Part shown: piece by piece, positions 27,019-41,191 of the stretch
Numbering within the stretch: position 1 is the stretch's first letter
Layout of the letters: each line of letters begins with the position of its first letter
Assembly: GCA_951406725.2 (NCBI GenBank)
Contig: OX597820.1
Location: 66,278,001-66,342,000, forward strand
Source of the DNA: Octopus vulgaris
Taxonomy: Eukaryota
DNA length: 64,000 nt
Direction: 5' to 3'
The notes under the pieces: model-generated
Told to the model about the DNA's origin: nothing
The model's database searches: none
Seen by the model: only the letters and a program-made list of their open reading frames with translations
Translations under genes and position numbers: made by a program

Positions 27019-27405
27019 CATACACACACACACTGACAACGTAATACGTCTTTAACCATGTCGTGTTTTGCAATTTAGTGATTAGTACTTGACGCTTTGA
27101 GTTCAAAACCTGCCGTGATCTACTTTATTCCTTTATCTTTCAAGTACTCGGGGCCGCTGTAATCGACTAATAGGCCTATTCTTCCCTCTTTCCCTATCCT
27201 TATAAAAAAAAAAATGTCTGGTCTTGTGCCTATTTAATAAATCAATATATCAATATTTCTATTGTGTACATACATACATCCAACATATTCAACGGATGAA
27301 AATCTTAATCGCTACCGTGTGTGTGTGTGTGTGAGTGTATGTGTTTTTTTTTTCTTTCTGGTGTGTGTCTGTGCGTTTATACACATGTCCATGTCGTATT
27401 AAAAT

Positions 27406-27439
<34 letters not shown>

Positions 27440-27445
27440 TATTTT

Positions 27446-27921
<476 letters not shown>

Positions 27922-28077
27922 TCACCACACTCGCATATATTTTACTCGTCATGTTTTTTAATAAGTAAACTGCGTGCATTCAGATGTGCGCTTCAACATA
28001 CATTCCTGTCGTGTAAATATTATAGTTCTACGCACACATACATACACACACGCGCGCGCGCATGTACGCATGGACCG

Positions 28078-28648
28078 AGTGTTCGTACCGTGTTGATATC
28101 ACTTACGCGTGCGCTCACTCAATGTTTGTGCCTTGTTGATATCTTAAGATATTACACACACCGATGCACGTTGTGATAGCTTAGTGCTCATGCTGTACTT
28201 TATATCTAAAAATATTACACAGACATACACATTACATATTACATGCCGTGTTGGTAGCTAAAATACGGCACAAACACACACTCACAAGGTTCATGCCGTG
28301 TTGATATCTAAAATACACACACACACACATAATCTTCGTGCCTTGCTACTTATCTAAAATTTACTCGCACACACGTCCACATACACACACACACGGTGTT
28401 TCATGCCGTACAAATATCTGAAAATACAGTTCACATATATGTGCATACGCGATGTTTATACCGTGTCGATATAGTTAAGATACAGCACACACACACAAGC
28501 ACATACGTTCACTCAATGTTTCTGCCGTGTTGATATCTAAACATATATGTATGCGTGTGTGTGTGTGTGTGTGCGCGCGCACATAATGTTTATACCGTGC
28601 TACGTATATATATGCTCACAATGTTCGTTCCGTGTACAATATCTAAAA

Positions 28649-28650
<2 letters not shown>
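28078..28650. repeat. Degenerate minisatellite: ~25-bp motif separated by variable CA-rich spacers
   Basis: About 12 copies of ATGTT(C/T)(A/G)T(A/G)CCGTGTTGATATCTAAA-like sequence. Confidence 0.8.
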
Positions 28651-28679
<29 letters not shown>

Positions 28680-29654
28680 GCTCTAATACAACGATCATAC
28701 TGTCGTAGAAAGTTGATGTGTTTAAAATATACAATTATATATATATATATGTATGTATTTACACACACGCAGGCATACACATGTGCACACAAACATATGA
28801 CAACATATGTAAAATGTGTGTGTGTGTGAGAAAGAGAGAGAGAGAGAGTGTGTGTGTATGTGATATCAAAATCAATCTGTCGATTAAGAAGTCGTTGGGC
28901 CACCTGCTTTTGAGTTCAAAAATAGCCCAGGATCAGACTATCTCATAAATCTCTCTCTCTCTCTCTTTCTCTCCTCATCTATATTGAATATGTATTAGTC
29001 TTTCTCTCTCTCGTGGTTTGTCTGTCTCTCCCCCCTCTCTCTCTCTCTCTATGTGTGTGTGTGTGTGCGTACGTACATATACACATATATTTTTAATGTG
29101 TGAGTGCACCCGTCTTTTATTTAAATTTTTTTTTTATGTATTTCAACCATGCGGCTGCGGTCATGCTGGAAGCGCCATCGTGACTTTGTCACCCTTATCC
29201 ACAGCCTTTTTTTTTTTTTATGTGATTGATATCTTCCGGTTGGTGGGATTTCACATCACTCACCACCCTTGCACGCGGCGTGTTCGCTCGCATATACCTG
29301 TGCACGGTTGTGCGCTTGCGACCACGTATTTGTTTAAACCGTTTGGTCAGGGACGGTGTTAGAGCGAAATAGTATCGGTGACACTTATTTTCTTAAGACC
29401 TTCCGAGGTAGGTGGGAGAGATTGAGGGACAAAAGGAGCTTTGCTCAGACCAGCAACCAGACCCGAGTGTTAACAAGAGAGTATAATCTTCTCTAAATGT
29501 TCCTAGAAACCAAGTGGTTGTCCTCAAGGAAGGAAAGATTCATTACAGATTATACCGCAAAACATTTTCTCTGGTCTCTGTTTCTAACACAGCGGTCCTC
29601 TCAACCTTATTTTGTCCACGGGTCTCTTTGATTCCTAAGCTTTCTTCTCAAGCA

Positions 29655-29900
29655 AGTGTTGGGCCGACCAAAGCCTTATCAGTGGATTTGGTAGACGGAA
29701 ACTGAAAGAAGCCCATCGCATATATGTGTGCATGTGTTTTGTGTCTGTGTTTGTCCCCATTGCCACCACCATCGCTTGGCAACCGGTGCTGGTGTCTTTA
29801 CACCGTAACTTAAAAAAAGGACTTTGGGGTCAGTTCGTTCGAATAGAAATTCTCCAAGGCGGTGCCCCAGTACGGCCGCAGTCTAATGACTGAAACAAAG
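29655..29900 (+). mobile_element. 5'-truncated SINE family A
   Basis: GGCCGACCAAAGCCTT...GACTGAAACAAA. Confidence 0.8.
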
Positions 29901-31117
29901 ATATACTTATAATTAAACATCATTAAGAATTGTATTTTTAAAAAATCGTTGAAATATTTCGTGTATAAACAATTCATTACAGATAAATTCTAACAACAAA
30001 ATTTTATGTAGACCCCGAAGGATCATACGGACCCCAGTTAAAAACCCACTAATCTAACACAGTTTCGCCTATCTATCTTCTTTCACTGATATTACATTTA
30101 ATCGGCCACGAAAGGGTGAAAAGCATACATTGAACTGGTCTGGAATTGAACCCAGATCGCTTGAAAGCTGAAACACAAATGACACATGGATGGATGGCAT
30201 TTTGTACTTCGCTTTATCGAATCTGCCAATTTCTCTCTGTCTTTTTCTCCCCCGTCTCTCTCTCTCTCTCTGTCTCTCTCTCATTCATTCATTCATTCGC
30301 TCGCTCTTTCTCTCTCTCTCTCCGTGTTGATGTGCACGCGCGTGCACACAAGCATGGCTGTGTAGTAATTTTGTTTCATAACTGCGTGATTCCTAATTCG
30401 ATTCTATCGTGTGCCCCTTGGGCATACCTGCCTGTTATATAGTGCCCACTGGTTGACCAAATTACGTTGTGAATGGAATTTGGTAATCAGAAATTTCAGA
30501 AACCCATCGAAAGAAAGAGGGAGAGATAGAGAGCAAGCAAGAAGAATGTTCGTGTGTGTTGTGCATGTAAGAGAGAGAAAGAGAGAATGTTTGTGTGTAT
30601 GTATGTGTGTAGTTATGTGTCTATGTGTATGAAAGTTTGTATATATGTATATGTGAGAGAGACAATGTATATGTGTGTGTGTGTGAGAGAGAGAGAGAGA
30701 CAACGTGTGAGAGATGAGAGACAATGTGTGTAACAGGGAAAGAGATAGAAGCGAGAGCGATGCTTGTATGCGCGTGTGTGTGTGTGTGTGTGTATGAGAG
30801 AGGTTTGTATCAATGTGTGCGCGTGTGTGTTGTATAATTGGTGTGCTTTCTTTTCATTGTTCATAATTTGTCCCGCCGTAACTTACAGATCGACGAATAG
30901 AGATCGATAAAATAAGTGCAAGACTGATAAAATAATTATCCACATCGATCGATAGATATGACGATTTTACTCCTTTGAAGATACTGCCCCAGTGGAAGTC
31001 GTAAGTGACTGTAACTAATAAAAGAAAACACACACAAGCACCTGTACGCGTGAATATGTGTGTGTGTGGTGGGGAGTTGAGAGATAATTACATACGTGTG
31101 TGTACAGACAGGTAGAT

Positions 31118-31148
<31 letters not shown>

Positions 31149-31151
31149 TAG

Positions 31152-31275
31152 ATTTCCTTATTGGCCACGCAGGGCTGAACACAGAAGAGACAAAATACAA
31201 AGTAGAGCTTTTCTTTTTGGGAAGAAGAGAAGGAAAAAAAGTGGGTCGAATTCCGATCAAAAGGGATCGTAGAAA
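31152..31275 (-). mobile_element. 3' end of a retroelement sharing the SINE-B tail
   Basis: The terminal ~45 nt (TTTGTCTCTTCTGTGTTCAGCCCTGCGTGGCCAATAAGGAAAT) match the family B 3' end, but the upstream sequence is not SINE-B. Confidence 0.5.
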
Positions 31276-31550
31276 ATATATATATGTATATATATATATG
31301 GCCGGTATGGGTTTACTCTGGGTTTCATGTCCATTAAGCGCTTAGCTTTACAGCGTTTCTTCAGACCCTAAATTCGTTGGTCTGTGGCCTCTCTAGCAAG
31401 TAGCCTCTTTAGAAAATGATGCTCACTAGTCTACCGCTTTATAACTTAGAGTGTGTTTCTTTTTCGATATTGAAACCGATTAAAACTTTACAAACTGCTG
31501 CTCAGTTTCACGTAACCCATCCATCAGACAGTTGTGATAATAAAGATGAC

Positions 31551-31588
<38 letters not shown>

Positions 31589-32688
31589 AAAGTCTTTGTT
31601 TTCAACTGTTATCATATAATCAATCAATAAACTATTCCGTATTACACTGATCGGCGGAGACATTCAAGGTGAGTAAAACTTACTAAGAAAAGGTTGGAAA
31701 TGCGTTGAAATATACATGTAATATACTTTTGTGTAATGAAAACAAGTTTAGCTTTTTAAGAAAAGGGGACAAAGTAGTTTTGTTCTATGTATTCAAGTGT
31801 ATGAAAATAAGAATACAAAAAAAATAAATAAATGTTTTCGTATTTATAGTTTAACTGAAAATATATTGGTGTACGTAACGTCTGGAAATTTAATTCCAGA
31901 GTGCATGTCCGATTAAGGTTTATAGAAGTCTAAGTAGATAGATACCCTAGCAAAAAGTTTCGCGTTTCCACGGCTTCCATTTCGGCCAAGGGAAAGAAGA
32001 TTGCGCTCTCTATCTGTCTCGATTTTTATTGATCATTGAAGACGAACGCAAAACATCTTAAGTGGTGGAATACAGACAGACATTACAGACATTGCCAGAC
32101 ATCTTGTTCAACGCTCTTAGTAATTTTCTGCCAAGTTATTGCCTGAGGCTAGTATTTTAATTTATCGATCTGGAAAAATCGAGAGGCAAGTTGACCTCAC
32201 AATGCAAAATATATTTGTATGCGCGCTCGCCATTATTATTATTTTCGTAATCTACACCATTAAAAAAAAAAATTGTTCAAAGAAAATTTCATTATTCACC
32301 GAAGTAAAAAAAATAAAAAAAGAGTAAAAATAATGTTTCTGAAAGTGATGAGGAAACAAAGTTGAAGAGCACACATATATGTATGCTTAAATATGCTCCA
32401 CAATAATTCCGATATAATTGTAAGTCTACACCAATAAAAAGTATGTGTTGAAAATTTTCGTTAAAAACTACCTATTTCTCTGAAAGTTATGAGGAAACAA
32501 AGTCAAGTGGAAATACACTTCTGTAGGTATGCCGCACGTACGTTAGCTTTCGATTTCCAATTGTTTTAATATTTCTTGGAGAAAATTCTTCGTAACAAAG
32601 AAACAAAAACAACTCTCTCATGGAGTTTAGATAACTACAACAACACGAACGGGAAAGAGTATATTTATATTAAATTTATAATCTGGTT

Positions 32689-32723
<35 letters not shown>

Positions 32724-33648
32724 CTGTCGATTTCGAAGTGGATATTTTTCTGAATTTTTAAAAAATTTCTACGTTTACGTCGAACACCCTAATTTACGGC
32801 AAAGTGAAGGACCCACCATAAGTAACACGGATTTCATTTTAGATTAGTATACACGCATACGCATATAGATAGATACGCAGAAGATATATACACAAACAGG
32901 TGAACTTCTGCGCAATTTCTGTCTAACGAATTCCACAGACCAATAATGTATCGGTCAACTTGAAGATGTAACAGAAGATATTTGCCCATGATACCCCACA
33001 GTGAGATCGAACCGGGAACTATGTGATTATGAAGCGAAGTTTTTTAACTACGCATGGAGTTTTTTTTTTAAAGAAACATTCACATTTTCAAGGCAGCTGA
33101 TCTTTATAACTGAACATTATCTTTATACATGTTTACATGTCCGTACGTACTCTATGTTCTCTTCTATTTTTTTTTAATTATTAGAAGTCTTCCTGCAAGG
33201 AAGGAGCTGGTTTCTAACAATGATACAAAGCTCCATCGTTGGAATAAAAAAAAATATGAAAAATATCACGTTTTGAAATACTGCTTACCATCGCATTAGT
33301 AGTTAGTTAGTTATATTCATCTTTCGATGTAATGTACTGTAATTTCGGGTAGAATTTCTATAGATTTTAGTGCAAGCGCTGTGTATAAACACTTTGCTTT
33401 TATATGCAATAATTTCTGCAGATATATTATATACAAATGGCAAAGTGTTTACATCTGTCTGTTTACATACACTTTCGGCCAGCTAAAATCAATAGATATA
33501 TTTTGTGGCAGAAAGTACTACACGCCATTTCTGCTTTTTCATATTTTAGTCAAGCGGACAAGCAGTCAGTGTCCATGACTCGTTATTGGACCTCTGCGGT
33601 TGGTTAGAGGAAGCTATGATCATAGTTAGAGGAAGCTATCCTCAAACC

Positions 33649-33907
33649 CAGTGGTTCACAACCGGAATCAGTATGAACCTTCGGGGTCCACATAAGATTT
33701 TGTTGCTAAAATTATGTGCATTAAGTTAGGTATACTCTTACTGTAATGCTCAAAATATTTTTACAATTTTTTTTATATAATCCCTTATAATATTTAGTTA
33801 CAAAGGTATAATAGGACTTCTTAAACTTCAAATAATCAGGAGGGTCCATCTGAGTAAAACAGTAGTTAAAGGGATCCATAGGTTAAAAAAAGGGCTGAGA
33901 GCCAGTG
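33649..33907 (+). mobile_element. hAT-like MITE
   Basis: Termini CAGTGGTTCACAAC / GCTGAGAGCCAGTG. Internal sequence is similar to 59689-59924. Confidence 0.7.
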
Positions 33908-34169
33908 TTGAAGCCGGAAACCTGGTGCGGATCCTTGCAGTAGAGTTGAACCCCATTAAAGACGGACACCTAAAGTGCAGGGCAGTGTTGTTAAAACAGG
34001 GCGGCGGATTAAGTCTACCACCCCCAAATAAACCATCCCGGGTTTTGAACTCTAAACGCAAAGAGCCGCGGCCAGGGAAAATACTCAAAGAATCCGATCC
34101 GACGTTCTCGCAGTTTTGCCAATCTTACTCTTGGAGTGATAATCTTTTAATTTTTTTTTTTCTGTTAAC

Positions 34170-34430
34170 GATCTCGAAAGGATAAAAAGCAACATTGGCC
34201 TCCACAGGATTTGAACCCTGTGCACAGAGAGCGAAAGAAATACTACAAGACATCCGGTCCGACGTTCTTACTGTCTTGCCATTCCAGTCTTGGATTATAC
34301 GTTTCTTTTTGCTTTTTTTTGCTTTAACAATTCGAAAGATTAAAAGGTAGCGTTGGCTTCGGCAGGATTTGAACTGAAAGTGCAGAAAGTCGGAACATAT
34401 ACAGCAAAACATTTCTATTCGACGCTCCAA
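34170..34430 (-). mobile_element. Two highly diverged SINE family B units
   Basis: CGAAAG(G)AT(A/T)AAA.G...GGATTTGAAC pattern seen twice. Confidence 0.55.
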
Positions 34431-36934
34431 CGAGCCTTTTTTCTTCTTATATAGCTTAGATGTCCGATGAAAGAGAATATTGGATCCTCTGCATTTTCTG
34501 TGTTATCTTTCTTTTTAAGTTATTGAGTCATAAGTAAACTATTTGTATTAAGTTTGTACGTGTGTGTATGTGCGAGAGAAAAAGTTTAACTCTTAGGCTT
34601 TGACTTATTATCTTATGTTAGATCTTTACAAGACCTAGTTCCTTTATACTTCAGTCTGATTTTATATACTCCAGCAACGCAAAAAAAAACCTACTAGAAA
34701 TAGTAGCCACGATTTTTCCACAAAGGAAAATTGAAAGAAAACTCTACCATCGTAAGTAAAATGCGACATACTTTATCGTATACTGAGCTGGTGTCGTGGG
34801 TGTATTGTGTGACTTGGGGACAAGACGCTAGTTATGATCTCGTTAGGAATGTCTCAGATAATAAAGCTTTCTCGATCAATTTTGACCTGGGGATAAAACA
34901 GCATAGCTACGACATAGCTGATTATTAAGCCCATTGCACTTTATTTTATTAACCGTGGTAATCTTTTATGTCACACACATATATATATATACTATTATGT
35001 TTGGTTAGGCTGTCCCGTGTCTCTGCATTTTACTTTTCAAAGGACAAAGTTTTTGATTCAACGTATTTCTAGAAGACCGAATGTTCCATTAAAGCTGCGA
35101 GCTGGCAAGAATCGTTAGCATGTCGGGAAAAAATGCTTAGCGACATTTATTCCGGTTTTTCTTTTTTTTATGTTCTAAGCTTTAATCTCGCCGAAGACTA
35201 CTTTGTCGTTCATACCTTAAAATAAAGAACCAATCAAGTACTGGGATCGATGTAATCGATTTCTCCCCTCCCTTCAAAATTGCGGGCGTTGAATCCTGCA
35301 ACAGACAGGCGTTTTATCCAGAGAGAATGTTGTGATCTCGGTCACCTGTACGTCGTGAACCCGGTAACCAGCCTCCAGTCCTAGGGTTCCAAAAAAAATA
35401 TATAGATAATTAAATAACAGGAAACAAATATATACCAATAGGTAGTTTTTTTTTTTCTTTTGAATTAAAGAAATTAAACTACAGAGCCAACTCGTGGTGG
35501 CGGAGCTCTGAGTAACGATATAGAATTTCATAAATCACTTATGATTTCGCCAAGGGTGAGGAATCCCTTAATTTTATGTGGTACCAAGGGCGGTTTTCAT
35601 GTGCTTAAAAATTTGTGATGTCACAAACATGTACTGAGGAAAATAATATAACTTTAATTTTATAAATTCATGGGTATGAAACTTATATTAAGATATTTAA
35701 AAAGATATTAAGAATTAAACGGTGTTTCCCCTTTTTTTTTCATACGATTTGTAGAAACTTTGTCAGCGCGTGAACTGCGGATGTCTGCTTTTCCATGCAT
35801 GCATAATTTATTCGGCAGAATTCTAGTTTAAGTACTCCATATAACATCACATAACTTTTTTTTCATTATTTGGAATTTTCAGAAAAAAGTTTTGCCTATC
35901 TGTGTTTCTACACACAGGAATTCATATGGTTATGAAAAAAAAATTTTTTTTTTATTTTTTAAACCCCCTCCCCCACATAAGTTCTTCGTATGGCCTTCGT
36001 CTCCCAAATTCACTCACCAGGCATTGGTCAGCTACTGTAGAAGCCACACCCACGATGCCGCACTGTGGTATCGAACCCGAAAGCGACATCGTAACCCACA
36101 CGGCCGAGTGTTATTGCTTATGAAGTGTAAGAGACACATGTGAAGCATAAGTTAAAAATCCGAGTGAAACGAAGGCCCTTAACAGATAAAATGAAACCCT
36201 TAGATTAGAAAAGTTAGAGGAATTTCAATTTGACCTGGAGGGAAGGGTTTACACTAGCAGGGAGCCTTATTTAACTGGGTAGTCGGTCAATGAAACAAGA
36301 TGTCAACTAATTACATACGCCTTTCTTTGAATCAGTTTAATCCACCAGGATTTACGTGTAAGCTCTTTTCTATGAATTATTATAAACATAAAATTTGTTA
36401 AACATTACATAGTTTCAATGTTGTGAAGGCCGATTAAATGCATTGAGGTGGTTTGCCAATGTACGTACATCCTATTTGCCTTTTTACATTGATAAAAAAA
36501 TTATCATGATGGCCCACTATTATTGCCCGCAGGAACAGCTACGAAGGACCAATGTAGTAAAGGAGTTACTACATGATCGCTCACCGCGCTAGAAACAACA
36601 GCTGAATATATGCAAGTCACACAAATACCAACCATCTTTTAAGAAATAAAGAAAAAAAAAAAAAATGTGATTCTGAGAAGATAAAACTAGATGACGATAG
36701 CTGGAACACTTCGCTCTCAGGGACACACGCAGATACAGACACAACTTCCAGAACGGTGAAGCTCCGGAACATTTTTTTAATTCGTTCCAATTTAAATTAA
36801 TGTACAGGTGCCTGCATTTCATTTAATCATTTAAATAAATTTAATATTTATTTAATTTAGAGAGTGCGTCGACCAAATCCGGAAAGGTGTCGGAACCAAA
36901 GGTTCCTGAGAATCAATGTTATATATATTCTGTT

Positions 36935-37106
36935 ATTCTTTTACTTGTTTCAGTCATTTGACTGCGACCATGCTGTAGCACCGACCCCAGAACTTTTTCT
37001 TTGTAGGCCTAGTACTTATTTTATCGGTCTGTTTTTTTGCCGACCCGCTACGTGATGGGGACATAAACACACCAGCATCGGTTGTCAAACGATGGTGTGG
37101 GGACAA

Positions 37107-37168
<62 letters not shown>

Positions 37169-37331
37169 ACACGACGGGCTTCTTTCACTTTCCGTCTACC
37201 AAATCCACTCACAAAGCTTTGGACGGCCCGAAGCTATAGTAGAAGACATTTACCCAAGGTGTCACGCAATGGGACCGAATCCGGAACCATGTGGTTTTTA
37301 AGCAAGCTACATATTACACTGCGACTCCTGC

Positions 37332-37332
<1 letters not shown>
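36935..37332 (-). mobile_element. SINE family A
   Basis: Both halves with internal microsatellite. Confidence 0.85.
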
Positions 37333-37372
<40 letters not shown>

Positions 37373-38109
37373 TATTATATTATATTAGACGCACTGTGTA
37401 TTTAGTACTTAGGCTCGTTTCAGATCTAAGAGTCTTAGCAACAATGAATGGCCTCTCGGTATGCTCATGTACTTGAGTACACACAAGTTTCGTATATTCT
37501 TAGTCATCGATTTTTATATACAATTTACACACACACATTCGCACCCGCTCTATTTCTAAGAACTCTTACGCAATTCACATTCGCCTTCTTTTAACGATGG
37601 GAGAATTAACCGAAAGTTTCTTAGTGCAGTCATTGTTATTATTATTGTTACTATTATTATTATTATTATTATTATTATTATCAGTAGTGGTAGTAGTCGT
37701 AGTAGTAGTAGCCGTTGTTGTTGTATTAGATGAACTAGTGAGTTGTCATCAAAGACTGTTTTGATTTTACTTGTGAAATAAAAATTTCCTGCCAATAACG
37801 TCTGGTTAATAAAAATAATTCCTCTGCAATCTTTTTCTTGAACAATTAAACGTTGTCTGACCGTACGGCAGGTTTCGTTCGAGGAGGCGTAAAAAGAAAA
37901 AAAACAGAAGACAAAAAAAAAAGGTTAAGAAAAAAAAACACACACCAAAAGTTTAATTCTTGAATCAAGCGAAAGTCGTCATCCTCGTTTGTCTCCGAAC
38001 CAAATGCCTAAACGAGTGACAATTGTGTTATAATTCGAATGAATTAACAAGCTATCGGCATTATTGCCGCCCCGCACCCCCGCTCTCCGTCCGTCTCCCA
38101 TTTGGGGCG

Positions 38110-38570
38110 GCAGGGTACGGCTGTGCGGTTAAGAAGCTCGTTTTGGCAGTCGCATGGTTTCGGGTTCGGTCCCATTACACGATATCTTGGGCAAATGTCT
38201 TTTCCAACGGGCCACTGGACGACCAGTGCTTTGTGAGTGCATTTGGTAGACGGAATCCTGTGGAAGCCCGCCATGTAATATATGTATATATATATCGTAT
38301 TGTAGCTAGCTTTCGGATGTTACCACCCTGTTGGTATTTATGTTCATTATGTGTGTGTGTGTGTTTTGGTGAATGTTCCTCCCCCTCCCTACACCGCATG
38401 AAAATCTGTGTTGGTTTGTTTATGGCCCTGTAAGTTAACGGTTTCGGCAAGTGACACCGATAGAATAAGTATCACAGTGAAAAATTAAAAAAAAAACTGC
38501 TTGAGTCGATTTGTTTGAAGGTGGTGCCCCAGCATGGCCTCATTCCAATGACGCCAATAACTGAGAAAAA
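38110..38570 (+). mobile_element. Diverged SINE family A
   Basis: Head GGCTGTGCGGTTAAG, CORE-like body and 3' GGTGCCCCAGCATGGCC. Confidence 0.75.
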
Positions 38571-38840
38571 AAAATTGAATATAAAGTTATATTCTGCGAT
38601 TTAAATTTAAATTGTTTGACGATGTAACCAGTGTTTTGAGATTTGTGCGCTTCATAAGAGAAATATCTACGAAGAGATCTCGTATTTAAACTCCAAGCTA
38701 CCTTTAACTGGTTTCCATTGTTGTAATTTAGAAAGATCACGGGGTACATACGGAAAAAAATTACAAAACGTGTGAGTTTGTGCATAAATTTTTTTAGCTG
38801 TGTTGTCTGAATAATTCATGAGCCGACTCCTCCACTTTGT

Positions 38841-38902
<62 letters not shown>

Positions 38903-38904
38903 AT

Positions 38905-39160
38905 AAATAAATAGATGCGCCCTTTTTAAAGTCTAGCCAGGCTCATGGGCCCGGTTTCCCGGTTTCAATGGCGTATATGTTTCCCAGCTGGACGGGACGC
39001 CAGTCCATCGCAGCGTTACTCATTTTTGCCAGCTGAGTGGACTGGAGCAACGTGAAATGAAGTGTTTTGCTCAAGAACACAACGCGTCGCTCGGTCCAGG
39101 AATCGAAACCTCAATCTTCCGATCATGATGCTGACACCCTAACCACTAAACCACGCGCCT

Positions 39161-39164
<4 letters not shown>
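38905..39164 (-). mobile_element. tRNA-derived SINE, H1B1 + tail Y
   Basis: Head GGAGGCGCGTGGTTTAGTGG, CORE-like body as at 7071, and tail TGAGTAACGCTGCGATGGACTGGCGTCCCGTCCAGC...GAAACCGGG. Confidence 0.85.
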
Positions 39165-39207
<43 letters not shown>

Positions 39208-39580
39208 CATACATGCATATATATATATACACACACGCACACACATCTTAATGCGATTACAATCGCTCCGCATACTACCAGTATATTGAACTCTATGCAT
39301 TCCCTTCTACATCGAAGGAAAATGCTTTGAAGAGAACCCTGTTTCCTTCTACTGGTCTCCATAGATATGCGCGCCTGATTTCAAGCTCATTTTCTATGTC
39401 ACTGTTTCCCTCATTCTGTCTTTATATACATGCTAATGTCCCCGTGCACGCTTTGGAGCTTCTACGTGGTCGCTTGCTGTACTAGAAATAGTAATCAAGT
39501 CTTCATCGAATCGCACCTCCTAGCAGCGCCTTAAATAAACGTTGTATAATGTGCTCCTTAGTTCCCTGTAAATAATAATA

Positions 39581-40010
39581 GGCGATCTTTCGTCTCTAGT
39601 AGACCTTCGTCGATTTCCGTAAAAAAATATTTTTTTTTTTTACATATGGGCTTGCGGGAACTTTTGAAGTAATATACATACATATACACATACACCGAGT
39701 AAAAAATTTCAGTTATCTCTTTCTTTCACACATTACTCTGTCTCTTCACACACACTAACAGAAGCACTTCACTTACACAACATACTGTCTGTCTCCCACA
39801 CCCCATCAAACACACACACACACACACACGCACACACATGTACATCAATGCTTCGGTAACTTCAAAAGAACTTCCCTCGTCATACAATCGCTTTCTCCTT
39901 AGTCTCTTTCGCTCTCATTACTTCAAAAGTTCCCGCAAGCCCAAATGTAAAAAAAAAAAATTTTTTTTACGGAAATCGACGGAAAGGTCTACTAGAGACG
40001 AAAGATTGCC
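39581..40010. mobile_element. MITE with ~95-bp TIRs (Merlin-like GG termini)
   Basis: GGCGATCTTTCGTCTCTAGTAGACC...GAAGTAAT / ATTACTTC...GGTCTACTAGAGACGAAAGATTGCC. TAATAATA on both sides. It interrupts a family D copy. Confidence 0.85.
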
Positions 40011-40050
<40 letters not shown>

Positions 40051-40339
40051 GATGATGGGACGGTCACTGCTGGAATGCCTTTCGTCATAAGTCTTCTTGG
40101 TCAGGTCTGTCTTTGTGCTAAGAAGCAACAACAGCAACGCGTTTCCTTCAACTTGTGTCAAAGTTTCTTTTCATGCTATCGATTTTTTTTTTTCTCCTTT
40201 TAAAGCCATCTGACTGGAATTTAATCCCGTTGTCTTTCTTTGCCACTTAAGTTACCGCTTCTCTTATTTGTGCCCTTGATTTTAATCGCCTAAAGTGTAC
40301 CAGTCCTCGTTAGTTACTTCTGACTGGCTGGTAAATAAT

Positions 40340-40680
40340 CTCTCCTTATGGCTCAGTGGTTAGAGCGTCGAGCTTTTACGATCGTGAGGTTGTAAGCTCG
40401 AATCCCGGACCGGGCTGCGTGTTGCGTTCTTGAGCAAGGCACTTTATTTCACGTTGCTCCAGTTCACTCAGCTGTAGAAATGAGTTGCGACGTCACTGGT
40501 GCCAAGCTGTATCGGCCCCTTTGCCTTTCCCTTGGATAACACTGGTGGCGTGGAGAGGAGAGACCCGTATGCATGGGCGACTACTGGTCTTCCATAAAAC
40601 AACCTTGCCCGGACTTGTGTCTAGGAGGGTAACTTTCTAGGTGCAATCCCATGGTCATTCATGATCGAAGGGGGTCTTTA
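40340..40680 (+). mobile_element. tRNA-derived SINE, B1 body + tail Z
   Basis: A box TGGCTCAGTGG, CORE-like TTCTTGAGCAAGGCACTT and a distinct 3' module. Confidence 0.8.
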
Positions 40681-40696
40681 CACACACACACATTCA

Positions 40697-41191
40697 CAAA
40701 GGGGTGCTGAAAAGTTCTTGACTTCGGATAAAAGAAAATACAGGAGGATCTGTTAATTACGATTTTATCCAGCAATTTCCCCTCTCAGATCCACATACAT
40801 ATTTTAGTGGTCATTCAGTTTTTCTAAGCCCTTTTAAAAGAACTCGGACAGTTGTGCCTCTAGCCAAGCCTTTTGCGATAGCCTTAGAGCTAGGAACTTT
40901 CCAGCAATTTCCCCTCTCAGATCCACATACATATTTTAGTGGTCATTCAGTTTTTCTAAGCCCTTTTAAAAGAACTCGGACAGTTGTGCCTCTAGCCAAG
41001 CCTTTTGCGATTGCCTTAGAGCTAGGAACTTTCCAGCAATTTCCCCTCTCAGATCCACATACATATTTTAGTGGTCATTCAGTTTTTCTAAGCCCTTTTA
41101 AAAGAACTCGGACAGTTGGGCCTCTAGCCAACCAAGCCTTTTGCGATAGCCTTAGAGCTAGGAACTTTTTAACATCCCCCCCCCCCCCGTG
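40697..41191. mobile_element. Mariner-like MITE containing three 132-bp tandem copies
   Basis: TIR-like GGGGTGCTGAAAAGTTC / GGAACTTTTTAACATCCCC. Units start at 40769, 40901 and 41033. Confidence 0.7.

Noticed and set aside
28078-28650. CRISPR array
   Set aside because: Eukaryotic context, degenerate repeats, low-complexity spacers of unequal length, and no cas genes.
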